A stretch of 64,000 nucleotides of DNA from an uncultured Gammaproteobacteria bacterium. Its GTDB lineage: Bacteria; Patescibacteriota; Patescibacteriia; Buchananbacterales; UBA6539. A model generated the notes under the pieces. It was not told the DNA's origin and searched no databases. It saw only the letters and a program-made list of their open reading frames with translations. Shown piece after piece: positions 1-8,486 of this stretch (its first letter is position 1; each line of letters opens with the position of its first letter). Both the position numbers and the translations under genes were made by a program. The stretch covers positions 20,963 to 84,962 of the forward strand of contig CAZINP010000002.1 in NCBI GenBank assembly GCA_964540635.1. The letters run 5' to 3'.

Positions 1-95
1 AGCCATGAAATTATTATTTTAAAATTTGATTTAAGCTTATTTTATCATTTTTTGGCAGTTGTGTAAAAGTTTTTTTAATGATAAAATATTAATCT

Positions 96-1814
96 ATGAA
101 TGGGACAAAGCGCTGGGTCGTCTCGCCGGCAATGCCGACTGAATTTTCTGATAAATTTCCCGAAATCGATCCGATTACACTTCAGCTTTTATATAACCGC
201 GGCCTGAAAACTCAAAACCAGATCGACGAATTTTTATATCCGGATTATGCAAATTTGCATGATCCTTTTTTGTTTAATGATATGGAAAAGGCTGTTAAAC
301 GTATTTTGCAGGCTATAGAAAAAAAAGAAAAAATGGTCGTTTATGGTGATTATGATGCTGACGGCGTTACTTCGTCGGTAATTTTAATGCAAACACTAAA
401 GGCTTTGGGGGCCGAGGTTGATGTTTATATTCCGTATCGTGAAACAGAGGGTTATGGCTTAAACAAAGATGCTGCCAAAGAATTGGTTAAGAACCAAGTA
501 AAAGTTTTAATTACGGTTGATTGCGGTGTTTCTAACGTTGAGGAAGTTGAAATTTTGAATCAAGGCCAAGTTGATGTTATTATTACGGACCATCATCATG
601 AGCCGCCAATTTTGCCCAAAGCTTTTGCTTTAATCAATCCTCATTTGGAAAAAGAAAAATATCCATTTAAAGATTTGACCGGCTGCGGTGTGGCCTTCAA
701 GGTGGCCTGTGCTTTAATTGCTAAGCATAAAGAATATGAGGTTAATCAATTGGTGGAAAGTTGGGAGAAATTACTTTTAGACTTAGTTGCTATTGGTACT
801 ATTGCTGATTTACAGCCAATTCTTGGCGAAAATAGGACGCTAGTAAAATATGGGATAATTATTTTACAGATGACTAACCGTTTGGGCTTGCGTGAAATGG
901 CAAAAATTATGAGTTCAGAATTAAGAAATTTGGACGAAAAATCTATCGGTTGGCAGATTGCCCCAAGGTTGAATGCGGCCGGCCGAATGAAGCATGCCAG
1001 CACTGCATATGAACTTCTAATTACTAAGGATCAGAAACAAGCGCATGATTTATCTGAATCTCTTAATCAAACTAATCGCGAGCGCCAACAGATCACCGAT
1101 AAAATTTTTAATGAAGCCTTAAGCTCTTTGGGTGAAATAAAAGATCAAAAAATTTTGGTGGCCATAGGCCAGGGCTGGGCAACCGGCGTGGTTGGTTTGG
1201 TGGCCGGTCGATTGACGGATCAAAATAATCGTCCGAGCTTGGTTGTTTCACATTTTAATGGCGAAATTATCGGTTCTGGGCGCAGTATTGAAGAATTTAA
1301 TATTATTGAGGCCCTGGAAGAATGTCGCGAATATTTATCGCGTTTCGGCGGTCACGCTCAAGCTTGTGGTTTTACGGTTAAAGACGAAGCAAGCCTGGAA
1401 GCGTTTATTCAAAAAATGAATACATTGGCAACAAAGGCTCTTGAGGGTAAGGAGCTCTTGCCGTCTTTAAATATTGAAATGGAAGTAAAATTGGAAGAAA
1501 TAAATTGGAAACTGCAAGAAGCCTTGGAAAAATTTGAGCCTTTTGGCGAGGATAATTATAAGCCGATATTTTTAGCCAGAAATGTCAGTATAAATGAATT
1601 TCAAGCCGTGGGTACGGACGGCAAGCATTTGCGTCTTTTGGTTAACCACCACAGTTCGGCCATTAGAAAAACCATTGGTTTTTGTTTTGGCACCTGGTGT
1701 AGTAAAATTAAAAAAGGCGATAAGATGGATTTGGTTTTTGAGGTTGATGTTAACGAATGGAACGGCAACAGGGAATTACAACTTAAAATCGTTGATTTAA
1801 AGCATTCGGCTTAA
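96..1814 (+). CDS. recJ: single-stranded-DNA-specific exonuclease RecJ (DHH/DHHA1 phosphoesterase)
   Basis: DHH-family motifs 'VVYGDYDADGVTS' and 'ITDHHH' in a 572-aa ORF, with a DHHA1-like C-terminus ('GGHAQACGF'). Confidence 0.85.
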   Translation: MNGTKRWVVSPAMPTEFSDKFPEIDPITLQLLYNRGLKTQNQIDEFLYPDYANLHDPFLFNDMEKAVKRILQAIEKKEKMVVYGDYDADGVTSSVILMQTLKALGAEVDVYIPYRETEGYGLNKDAAKELVKNQVKVLITVDCGVSNVEEVEILNQGQVDVIITDHHHEPPILPKAFALINPHLEKEKYPFKDLTGCGVAFKVACALIAKHKEYEVNQLVESWEKLLLDLVAIGTIADLQPILGENRTLVKYGIIILQMTNRLGLREMAKIMSSELRNLDEKSIGWQIAPRLNAAGRMKHASTAYELLITKDQKQAHDLSESLNQTNRERQQITDKIFNEALSSLGEIKDQKILVAIGQGWATGVVGLVAGRLTDQNNRPSLVVSHFNGEIIGSGRSIEEFNIIEALEECREYLSRFGGHAQACGFTVKDEASLEAFIQKMNTLATKALEGKELLPSLNIEMEVKLEEINWKLQEALEKFEPFGEDNYKPIFLARNVSINEFQAVGTDGKHLRLLVNHHSSAIRKTIGFCFGTWCSKIKKGDKMDLVFEVDVNEWNGNRELQLKIVDLKHSA

Positions 1815-1867
1815 AGCCGCCGGCGAGATTTAGCCGGAAAATAATTAATAAATTATTTAAAAGTAAA

Positions 1868-2269
1868 ATGCCAAAAGCAACTTTGCACACCGACGGCGGC
1901 GCCAGAGGCAATCCCGGACCATCCGGCATTGGCGTGGTTTTGGATTTGGAAGGCAAGCAATATTTATTTAAAGAATTTATCGGTTCCGGTACCAACAACC
2001 AAGCCGAATATCGCGCAGTTTTATTGGGCCTGGAAAAAGCCAAAGAGCTTGGCGCCGACGAAGTAGATGTTTTTTTGGACAGCGAATTGGTCAAAGAACA
2101 GCTCTCGGGAAATTATAAGGTAAAAAATCCTGAATTAGGCAATCTCTTTGTTAAAATTTGGAATCTTTCTCGGGGTTTTAAAAAAATTAAATATGTTCAC
2201 ATTTATCGAACGGACAATAAATTAGCAGATAGGTTAGTAAACGAGGCAATTGACGAGGCGCTTAAATAA
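1868..2269 (+). CDS. rnhA: ribonuclease HI
   Basis: N-terminus 'HTDGGARGNPGPSGIGVV' and 'NNQAEYRAVLLGLE' are the RNase H type 1 catalytic signature. Confidence 0.85.
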   Translation: MPKATLHTDGGARGNPGPSGIGVVLDLEGKQYLFKEFIGSGTNNQAEYRAVLLGLEKAKELGADEVDVFLDSELVKEQLSGNYKVKNPELGNLFVKIWNLSRGFKKIKYVHIYRTDNKLADRLVNEAIDEALK

Positions 2270-2294
2270 TGCATTAATTCATAAAAATAAAACC

Positions 2295-2690
2295 ATGAAA
2301 ATTAACATCAAGTGGACAAACATTGAAAATAATCAAGAGTTGGAAAAATTTATTGACGAGAGAATAGGCGAATTAAAAAAATATTTGCCCGAGCGCACTG
2401 AGCCGATTGATGTCAGAGTTGAAATCGGACGCACCACCTTTCATCATCAATCGGGTGATATTTACCATGCGGTTTGTGATTTGCGTTTGCCGGGCAAGGT
2501 TTTAAGGGCTCAGGCTGACAGGGCGGATTTAAATCAAGCCATTACTGAGGTTAAAGAAGAATTGCAAGGCAAAATAAAAAATTATAAAGAAGCGAATGTT
2601 GCTAAAAATCGTCGCATGCAAAGATTGTGGAAGGCAATTAAAAATTCTTCACCGATGGAGTGGGGAAAAGGTAAATTTATTAAAAAATAA
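2295..2690 (+). CDS. hpf: ribosome hibernation promoting factor / RaiA (S30EA family)
   Basis: 'MKINIKWTNIENNQELEKFIDERIGELKKY...' matches the RaiA/HPF fold signature. The start is moved to the ATG at 2295 to avoid overlap with the rnhA stop; the tracked ORF starts at 2250. Confidence 0.7.
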   Translation: MKINIKWTNIENNQELEKFIDERIGELKKYLPERTEPIDVRVEIGRTTFHHQSGDIYHAVCDLRLPGKVLRAQADRADLNQAITEVKEELQGKIKNYKEANVAKNRRMQRLWKAIKNSSPMEWGKGKFIKK

Positions 2691-2699
2691 TCAAAAAAT

Positions 2700-3335
2700 A
2701 TGATTTGGAAAAATTTTCCTTACCCGCTCAGGGGGATGATAATTTTTGCAGCTTTCTTTTTAGTTGTTAATTTCGTGCCTCAGGCTTCATTTATTCTGAT
2801 GTTGCCTTATTTTCTTATTTCGATGCCATTATATTTTTTTCTATGGGCCCTTTCTTCAATAACAAATATACAACCGAACGATTCTTATTTTATTCATGAG
2901 GGCTTACTCTTTTTTTATTTTTTAATAATCGGAGCGGTTGCGGGTTTAATCTATGGGAAATTAAAGAGGAGAAGAATTAAAATTGAAAATGAGAATAGAA
3001 TCACTTGGTTTCGAAAATTTCCTATTTGGTTTAGGGCTTTGATTATTACTTGGATTATTTCAATTATACTTATCCTACCAGTTTTTGCTTTGTGGTCATG
3101 CGTCGGTTTAACTTGTCTGGGGGTCGGTATTTATATGATGCCATCACTTATTCTCTCAATGCCGGTCCTTGGGTTATTCAGCTTGGTAATAAAGGATTTC
3201 TCACTTGAAAGCAACCCACCAATGATTATGTTTTTTGCTTTTATTCAATTTTTATATTTTACGGTTTTCGGACTTATTTTAGGCGTGATTATTCAGAAAT
3301 ATAAAGAGAGAAAATTAAATAATAGCAAACAATAA
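2700..3335 (+). CDS. hypothetical polytopic membrane protein
   Basis: Multiple hydrophobic segments and no recognisable catalytic motif. Confidence 0.5.
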   Translation: MIWKNFPYPLRGMIIFAAFFLVVNFVPQASFILMLPYFLISMPLYFFLWALSSITNIQPNDSYFIHEGLLFFYFLIIGAVAGLIYGKLKRRRIKIENENRITWFRKFPIWFRALIITWIISIILILPVFALWSCVGLTCLGVGIYMMPSLILSMPVLGLFSLVIKDFSLESNPPMIMFFAFIQFLYFTVFGLILGVIIQKYKERKLNNSKQ

Positions 3336-3338
3336 TTT

Positions 3339-3809
3339 ATGTTTGTTAAAATAAATAAAGCCGGCCTATTTTTATTTCTAAGTTTTTTGTTTTTTATATT
3401 TTACCAATTGTCAATGGCACTTGTTTCCTCGATTTCATTTTTAGATTCTTCTGGCTTGTTGGGTAAAATTTTGGTTTGTTTTTCACTTTTGATTTTAGCT
3501 TTTTCACCATTATCATTTATCTTGTTTTTGGTCTTTGCAGTTTTCATTAAAACCCCCAAAAAAGCCAACCTTGGTGATTCGAAACCAACCCCGATACAAC
3601 CTAGGAAAATCAATAAAGCAGGCCTATTTTTTATCTTGACGATCGTTTTTCTCTTGATTAATGGTTATTTTATTTCTCTTGGTTTGGCCCCGTCATCAGC
3701 GCCTAAGTTTTTGGATATTATACCTGCTTATTTCACCCCGATTATCCTTTTTGGCTTGCCAATTTCTTTTTGTTTATTTTTATACTTTTGGGCTTTCGGT
3801 AAAAAATAG
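3339..3809 (+). CDS. hypothetical membrane protein with internal duplication
   Basis: Two copies of an 'INKAGLF(L/F)...' hydrophobic module, at nt ~3346 and ~3605. Confidence 0.45.
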   Translation: MFVKINKAGLFLFLSFLFFIFYQLSMALVSSISFLDSSGLLGKILVCFSLLILAFSPLSFILFLVFAVFIKTPKKANLGDSKPTPIQPRKINKAGLFFILTIVFLLINGYFISLGLAPSSAPKFLDIIPAYFTPIILFGLPISFCLFLYFWAFGKK

Positions 3810-3842
3810 TTAAATTTTAATTAATCAACATAGCGCCATTTA

Positions 3843-4469
3843 TTGGCGCTTTTGTTGTATAAATTATTATTGTATATTATGTCTTTTAATTCAATAAAAA
3901 ATCAGCGTCGTTCAATTCGTTTGCCATATTTTGATTATTCCCAGGACGGTCAATATTTTATTACCATTTGTTCATTTGAAAAGAAAGATATTTTTTCACG
4001 GGTTGAAAATAATATATCAATTTTGAATAATTTTGGAAAGATTGTGGAGGAGGAGTTGTTAAATACCCAAAAAATTCGTAAAAACGTCATGATTGGTAAA
4101 TATGTTATCATGCCAAATCATATTCACGTAATTATCACAATTACCCGTGGTAGGGGCGCATTGCAATACGATTTTGCAACAAAAAATGGAAATCGTGGTA
4201 GGGGCGTATTGCAATACGCCCCTACGTTTGATTTTAATTACAAAAAAATATTTAAATCACCGTCGCAATCAATCGGTTCAATCGTGCGTGGTTTCAAATC
4301 AATTACCACCAAACGTATCAATATTATACGTCAAACCCCGGGCGTGCCGGTTTGGCAACGCAATTTTTACGAACACATTATTCGCGATGAAAATGATTAT
4401 CATCGTATTGTTGATTATATAAAATTAAACCCGGAAAAATGGCAATTTGACCGTAATTTCCGGAAATAA
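3843..4469 (+). CDS. REP-associated tyrosine transposase (RAYT, IS200/IS605 TnpA-like HuH)
   Basis: HuH motif 'MPNHIHVII' and C-terminal 'VWQRNFYEHIIRDENDYHRIVDYIKLNP' match the RAYT/IS200 family. Palindromic REPs lie inside and downstream of the ORF. The true start may be M13 (nt 3879). Confidence 0.75.
   Translation: MALLLYKLLLYIMSFNSIKNQRRSIRLPYFDYSQDGQYFITICSFEKKDIFSRVENNISILNNFGKIVEEELLNTQKIRKNVMIGKYVIMPNHIHVIITITRGRGALQYDFATKNGNRGRGVLQYAPTFDFNYKKIFKSPSQSIGSIVRGFKSITTKRINIIRQTPGVPVWQRNFYEHIIRDENDYHRIVDYIKLNPEKWQFDRNFRK
4146..4226. repeat. two tandem REP-like palindromic units inside the RAYT ORF (second is a perfect 28-bp palindrome GTAGGGGCGTATTGCAATACGCCCCTAC at 4198-4225)
   Basis: Direct reading: a self-complementary 28-mer beginning with GTAG; the first copy is degenerate on its right arm. 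Both are in-frame, encoding 'RGRGALQYDFATKNGNRGRGVLQYAPTF'. Confidence 0.8.
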
Positions 4470-4483
4470 AAAAACCGCCACAT

Positions 4484-4547
4484 CGGGCGATTAAATGTAT
4501 GGGCGAATTCATGTGCGGGCGTATTGCAATACGCCCCTACGCCCGAT
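4484..4547. repeat. REP-like element (nested palindrome; core GGGCGTATTGCAATACGCCC enclosed by ATCGGGCG...CGCCCGAT)
   Basis: Same core palindrome as at 4198-4225; an outer 8-bp inverted repeat flanks it. Confidence 0.75.
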
Positions 4548-4600
4548 ATTAATTATGGAAAATTTTTTAAATAATCCTAATAATTTTAACAAATAAAAAA

Positions 4601-4650
4601 ACGCCCTATCGGGCGAATTCATGTGCGGGCGTATTGCAATACGCCCCTAC
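4601..4650. repeat. REP-like element (second copy of the ~43-bp unit ATCGGGCGAATTCATGTGCGGGCGTATTGCAATACGCCCCTAC)
   Basis: Near-identical to 4487-4540, preceded by the small hairpin CGCCCtatcGGGCG; it abuts the stop codon of the minus-strand ABC-F gene. Confidence 0.75.
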
Positions 4651-6114
4651 CTAATATTTCGTTAAATCAATTGTCTCATCGATGCGAATCTCTTTCACAA
4701 AATCCGGCATATGCGAAACCATGATCATGGCACCGTCATAATCATGAATGGCTTTGGCAATTATTGGAATGTGGCGAAAATTTATGTGATTGGTCGGCTC
4801 GTCTAAAATCAATAATCCCGGTTTCATCAAAACCAAACGGGCAAACGACAATAAGCCTTTTTGGCCCTCGGATAAATCTTTAATTTTATTACCCATCAAA
4901 TTGCCGGTAATCAAAAATCCGGCGGCAACTGAACGCATTTTTTCTTCGTTTATCACTTCGTCGGTATTTAAAGCACAAGCGCTTTTTAAGGAATCAAAAA
5001 CCGTTTGTTCAAAATCAAGGTGGGAAAAATCTTGGCTGTAATAGCCAACCACGACTTTGGGTGTGATGGTGGCGCCGTGCGATTTGCCGGCTACCAAACT
5101 GCGCAAAAAAGTGCTTTTACCCGCGCCGTTTGGGCCGGAAACTAAAACATGCATTTTCTTACGCACGGTCAGCTCAATATCTTTTTGCAAAGGCTGGTGG
5201 CCATAAAAAGTCAAAACCGATTTAATTTCCACCACCGGGCCAATTACGTTTTGCGCTTCAATTTGAAAATCGCGAATTGTTTTATCTTCTTTTCTGACAT
5301 CAACCATGCTTTCTTCAAGTTCCTCGGTTTCTTCCTTGAGCTTTGAGGCCAGCTTTCTCATCTTACCGCCTTTATTGGCAAAGAAATTAACTTTTTCTTT
5401 TCTATCCTTGATTAATTTCTGGGCGCGGGCGTTTTCCATTCTTTCGCGCTCAATGCGCGCAGCAATTTCTTCTACCACGGTATAGTAATCGCCATTATAT
5501 GTTTCAATTTTGTGGGTATGAACATCAAGATAAATAACGCCGTCGGTAAAACAATTTAAAAAATCGGCATCATGAGAAATAACAATCACAGTTTTTTCGT
5601 ACATGCACAAAAAAGTAATCAAGTGGTCAATCCCGGCTTGATCTAAATTATTAGTCGGCTCATCCAAAAGCAAAATATCCGGATCTTGAATTAAGGCATA
5701 AGCCAAAAGTAAGCGCGCTTGCTGGCCGCCGCTCATCTCACCGACTTTTCTTTCAAAGGGAATGGACAGATTGACGGCATCCATAACCTTGCTAATTTTG
5801 CTTTTTAGATTACCCGGTACCGGGTTGAAAGCTTTGGCAAAGTATTGCTCCAAGGTCAAATCAAAGTCGGCTCTACCCAAGGTTTGAGGTGCCGCACCAA
5901 TGCTGGCGTTATTAGTAACTGAAATTTGGCCTTTTTTTGGTTTGAGCTGGCCCTGCATTAAAGCAAAAATTGTGCTTTTGCCGGCGCCGTTTTGGCCCAT
6001 CAAAGTGATTTTAGAACCACGGCGCACGCTAAAACAGGCCTCGTCCAAAAGCGGTTTATTGTATGAATATTCAAATGTGACCTCGTTAAAACGCAGGATG
6101 ACTTCTTCTGGCAT
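4651..6114 (-). CDS. ABC-F family ATPase (tandem ABC domains, no TMD)
   Basis: Two Walker A motifs ('GQNGAGKST', 'GPNGAGKST'), two signature motifs ('LSGGQ', 'LSEGQ') and two Walker B motifs ('LLLDEPTN', 'LILDEPTN'). Confidence 0.8.
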   Translation of the reverse strand: MPEEVILRFNEVTFEYSYNKPLLDEACFSVRRGSKITLMGQNGAGKSTIFALMQGQLKPKKGQISVTNNASIGAAPQTLGRADFDLTLEQYFAKAFNPVPGNLKSKISKVMDAVNLSIPFERKVGEMSGGQQARLLLAYALIQDPDILLLDEPTNNLDQAGIDHLITFLCMYEKTVIVISHDADFLNCFTDGVIYLDVHTHKIETYNGDYYTVVEEIAARIERERMENARAQKLIKDRKEKVNFFANKGGKMRKLASKLKEETEELEESMVDVRKEDKTIRDFQIEAQNVIGPVVEIKSVLTFYGHQPLQKDIELTVRKKMHVLVSGPNGAGKSTFLRSLVAGKSHGATITPKVVVGYYSQDFSHLDFEQTVFDSLKSACALNTDEVINEEKMRSVAAGFLITGNLMGNKIKDLSEGQKGLLSFARLVLMKPGLLILDEPTNHINFRHIPIIAKAIHDYDGAMIMVSHMPDFVKEIRIDETIDLTKY

Positions 6115-6293
6115 AAATAATGATAATTAGGCCATAATTTTGGCCCATTAGATAACGAGTATAACATAAAAGTATTGGAATGGCAAGGATTAGTGCGGGT
6201 TTTTAGTAAGCAGTTTTTGGATTGTCTTGATTTTGACAAAAGCGCTGAAAAATGGGAAAATTAGATTGAAATATTTAAAATATTTATCAATAT

Positions 6294-6920
6294 ATGAAAA
6301 TAAAAAAACAACTTTCACTTTTAATTTTTACTGGCATTTTTGTTCTATTTATAGTTATCTTAAGCGGATGTGTTTCCTTAAAGCCGAGATCGAATGTGTG
6401 CACAAAGGAAGCAAAAATTTGTCCCGACGGCACGACTGTTGGAAGAACCGGTCCAAATTGTGAATTTGCACCGTGTTTGTCTAAGGTTGTTTTGCCTGAA
6501 GGCTGGTTGAAATCTGCCAGTGAAAAGCAAGATTTAACCTTTTACTATCCGCAAGATTTTCCCGCGGTTTATATGCGTCCAAAGTCTTGGCCGCCGCAAA
6601 TTTTTGTTTCAACCAGCACATATAATTGTTTGCAAACAGATCCGACAAGCAGTCTGTCTAACCGGATTACCGAAAAGATTGTGAATTCAAATGCTTATTG
6701 CATTGAAGCGTTAAGTGATGGTGCGGCTGGCAGTATTTTCACAGAATATAAATTTTCTCGTGAAATTTCCGGAAGATTGATTGATTTATCTTTTACTCTG
6801 CAGGCTGTTCAGTGCTACAATTATGATGATCCAAGGCAATCGGAATGTATTGATGAGCGAGAAAATTTTGATTTGATTGAGTTAGTTGATAAAATTTTTC
6901 AAACAATAAATTTTGATTAA
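6294..6920 (+). CDS. hypothetical lipoprotein (Cys-rich N-terminal region)
   Basis: Signal peptide with lipobox 'ILSGC'; no catalytic motifs. Confidence 0.5.
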   Translation: MKIKKQLSLLIFTGIFVLFIVILSGCVSLKPRSNVCTKEAKICPDGTTVGRTGPNCEFAPCLSKVVLPEGWLKSASEKQDLTFYYPQDFPAVYMRPKSWPPQIFVSTSTYNCLQTDPTSSLSNRITEKIVNSNAYCIEALSDGAAGSIFTEYKFSREISGRLIDLSFTLQAVQCYNYDDPRQSECIDERENFDLIELVDKIFQTINFD

Positions 6921-6925
6921 AGATT

Positions 6926-7654
6926 ATGTCTAAAATAATTATCCTCGACACCGAAACCACCAGCCTGGACGAGACATCTCGTTTAGTTCAGTTAGCGTAT
7001 AAAAATTTAGAGAATGGCGATTTAGTGAACGAATTATTCAAGCCACCAACGCCGATTTCGTATGGGGCGATGGCAACTCATCATATTACCAACGAAATGG
7101 TGACAAATAAGCCGTTATTTGAGGGCAGTCAAACCAAGCAAAATCTCGAAAAACTTTTGGATTCCGGCGTAATGGTTGCTCACAATGCGTCTTTTGATAT
7201 TGGCATTTTAAAAAATGAAAATATTTTGGTTAAAAAGTTTATTGACACTTTACGCGTTTCTAAACATTTGATGTCGTGCGAACGCTATGATTTGCAATAT
7301 TTGCGATATTTGTTGAATTTTAATGTGCCGGAAGCCACAGCTCACGATGCTTTAGGCGATATTTTGATTCTAGAAAAGTTGTTTTTACATCTAAGCTCGT
7401 TAATTAAAGAAAAATTATCGTTAACAAATGAAGATCAGATTATTGAAAAAATGATTGAATTAACCAATGAGCCGATTTTGCTTAACAAAATTAATTTTGG
7501 TAAATATAAAGGCAAAACTTTTGCTGAAATAAATCAGCTTGACCCCGGTTATTTAACCTGGTTATACAACAGTGAATCCAGCAAAAAAGAACGTGAACAA
7601 AATGAAGAGTTAATTTATACTCTCAAAAAACATTTATATTTGGATAAAGCCTAG
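6926..7654 (+). CDS. DEDDh 3'-5' exonuclease (DnaQ-like) with C-terminal KYKGKTF/DPGYLTWL domain
   Basis: Exo I 'ILDTETTSLD', Exo II 'AHNASFDIGIL' and Exo III 'HDALGD'; C-terminal domain like the Exo X C-terminal/DUF3820. Confidence 0.75.
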   Translation: MSKIIILDTETTSLDETSRLVQLAYKNLENGDLVNELFKPPTPISYGAMATHHITNEMVTNKPLFEGSQTKQNLEKLLDSGVMVAHNASFDIGILKNENILVKKFIDTLRVSKHLMSCERYDLQYLRYLLNFNVPEATAHDALGDILILEKLFLHLSSLIKEKLSLTNEDQIIEKMIELTNEPILLNKINFGKYKGKTFAEINQLDPGYLTWLYNSESSKKEREQNEELIYTLKKHLYLDKA

Positions 7655-7679
7655 TTTAATTTATCTTTAGACTAAAAAT

Positions 7680-8078
7680 ATGTACGAAACCGTCGCCTGG
7701 TATCAAAGTTTAACCAAGCCTTTTTGGGCGCCACCAAGTTGGCTTTTTGGTCCGGTTTGGACTTTTTTGTATTTAATCATTGCTTTTAGTTTTGGCGCAG
7801 TTTTGCAAAAAACGATTTCAAAAAAAATTTCTTGGGTAATTGCCTTGCCCTTTGGTTTAAACATTTTTTTTAATCTTATTTTTTCACCAATTCAATTTGG
7901 TTTGCAAAATAACTTATTGGCGGCCATTGATATAATTTTAGTTCTAGCTACTTTAATTTGGGCGATGGTGGTAATTTGGCCAAAGATGCGTTGGGTTGCC
8001 TTGGTTAATATTCCTTATTTAGTTTGGGTTTGCTTTGCTACCATTTTGCAATTAACCGTTACATATTTAAATTTTTAA
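7680..8078 (+). CDS. tspO: TspO/MBR family tryptophan-rich sensory protein (short form)
   Basis: 'WYQSLTKPFWAPPSWLFGPVWTFLY' matches the TspO consensus (WY..L.KP.W.PP...F..VW..LY). Confidence 0.7.
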   Translation: MYETVAWYQSLTKPFWAPPSWLFGPVWTFLYLIIAFSFGAVLQKTISKKISWVIALPFGLNIFFNLIFSPIQFGLQNNLLAAIDIILVLATLIWAMVVIWPKMRWVALVNIPYLVWVCFATILQLTVTYLNF

Positions 8079-8082
8079 TTTT

Positions 8083-8478
8083 ATGTTTTTAAGATTGTAT
8101 TTTATTGCCCTGCCGATCGCCTTGGTTTTTGATATGATTTGGCTTGGCTTTATTTCAAGAAGCTTTTATCAATCCGAACTTGGTTATTTGATGAAAAGCA
8201 ATGTAAATTGGACGGCGGCCATATTGTTTTATTTATTTTTTGTGGCGGCCCTGATCTTTTTTGTCGTTGATCCGGCCGTAGTAAAAGGCTCTTGGTTTAA
8301 TGCTTTGCTTTTTGGCGCATTTTTTGGGTTTATTTGCTATGCCACTTACGATTTAACCAATCAAGCAACTATCAAGGATTGGCCATTATTAGTGACGATT
8401 GTTGACTTGGCTTGGGGAACTTTCTTTTCCGCCATTGTCAGCTTAACTACATATTTTATATATCAAAAGTTTTTTTAA
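8083..8478 (+). CDS. hypothetical membrane protein (possibly DUF2177-like)
   Basis: Four predicted TM segments; co-operonic with tspO (5-nt gap). Confidence 0.4.
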   Translation: MFLRLYFIALPIALVFDMIWLGFISRSFYQSELGYLMKSNVNWTAAILFYLFFVAALIFFVVDPAVVKGSWFNALLFGAFFGFICYATYDLTNQATIKDWPLLVTIVDLAWGTFFSAIVSLTTYFIYQKFF

Positions 8479-8486
8479 GATAAAAA

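Noticed and set aside
4147-4422. 91-aa alternative-frame ORF inside the RAYT gene
   Set aside because: It overlaps the HuH transposase frame, which carries the conserved family motifs, and it has no independent support.
4146-4650. Repeated GC-rich palindromes might be a CRISPR array
   Set aside because: The repeats are self-complementary (REP-like), there are only 2-4 copies and the spacing is irregular (~50 nt, ~260 nt, ~110 nt). No cas genes are present, and an adjacent RAYT transposase explains them.
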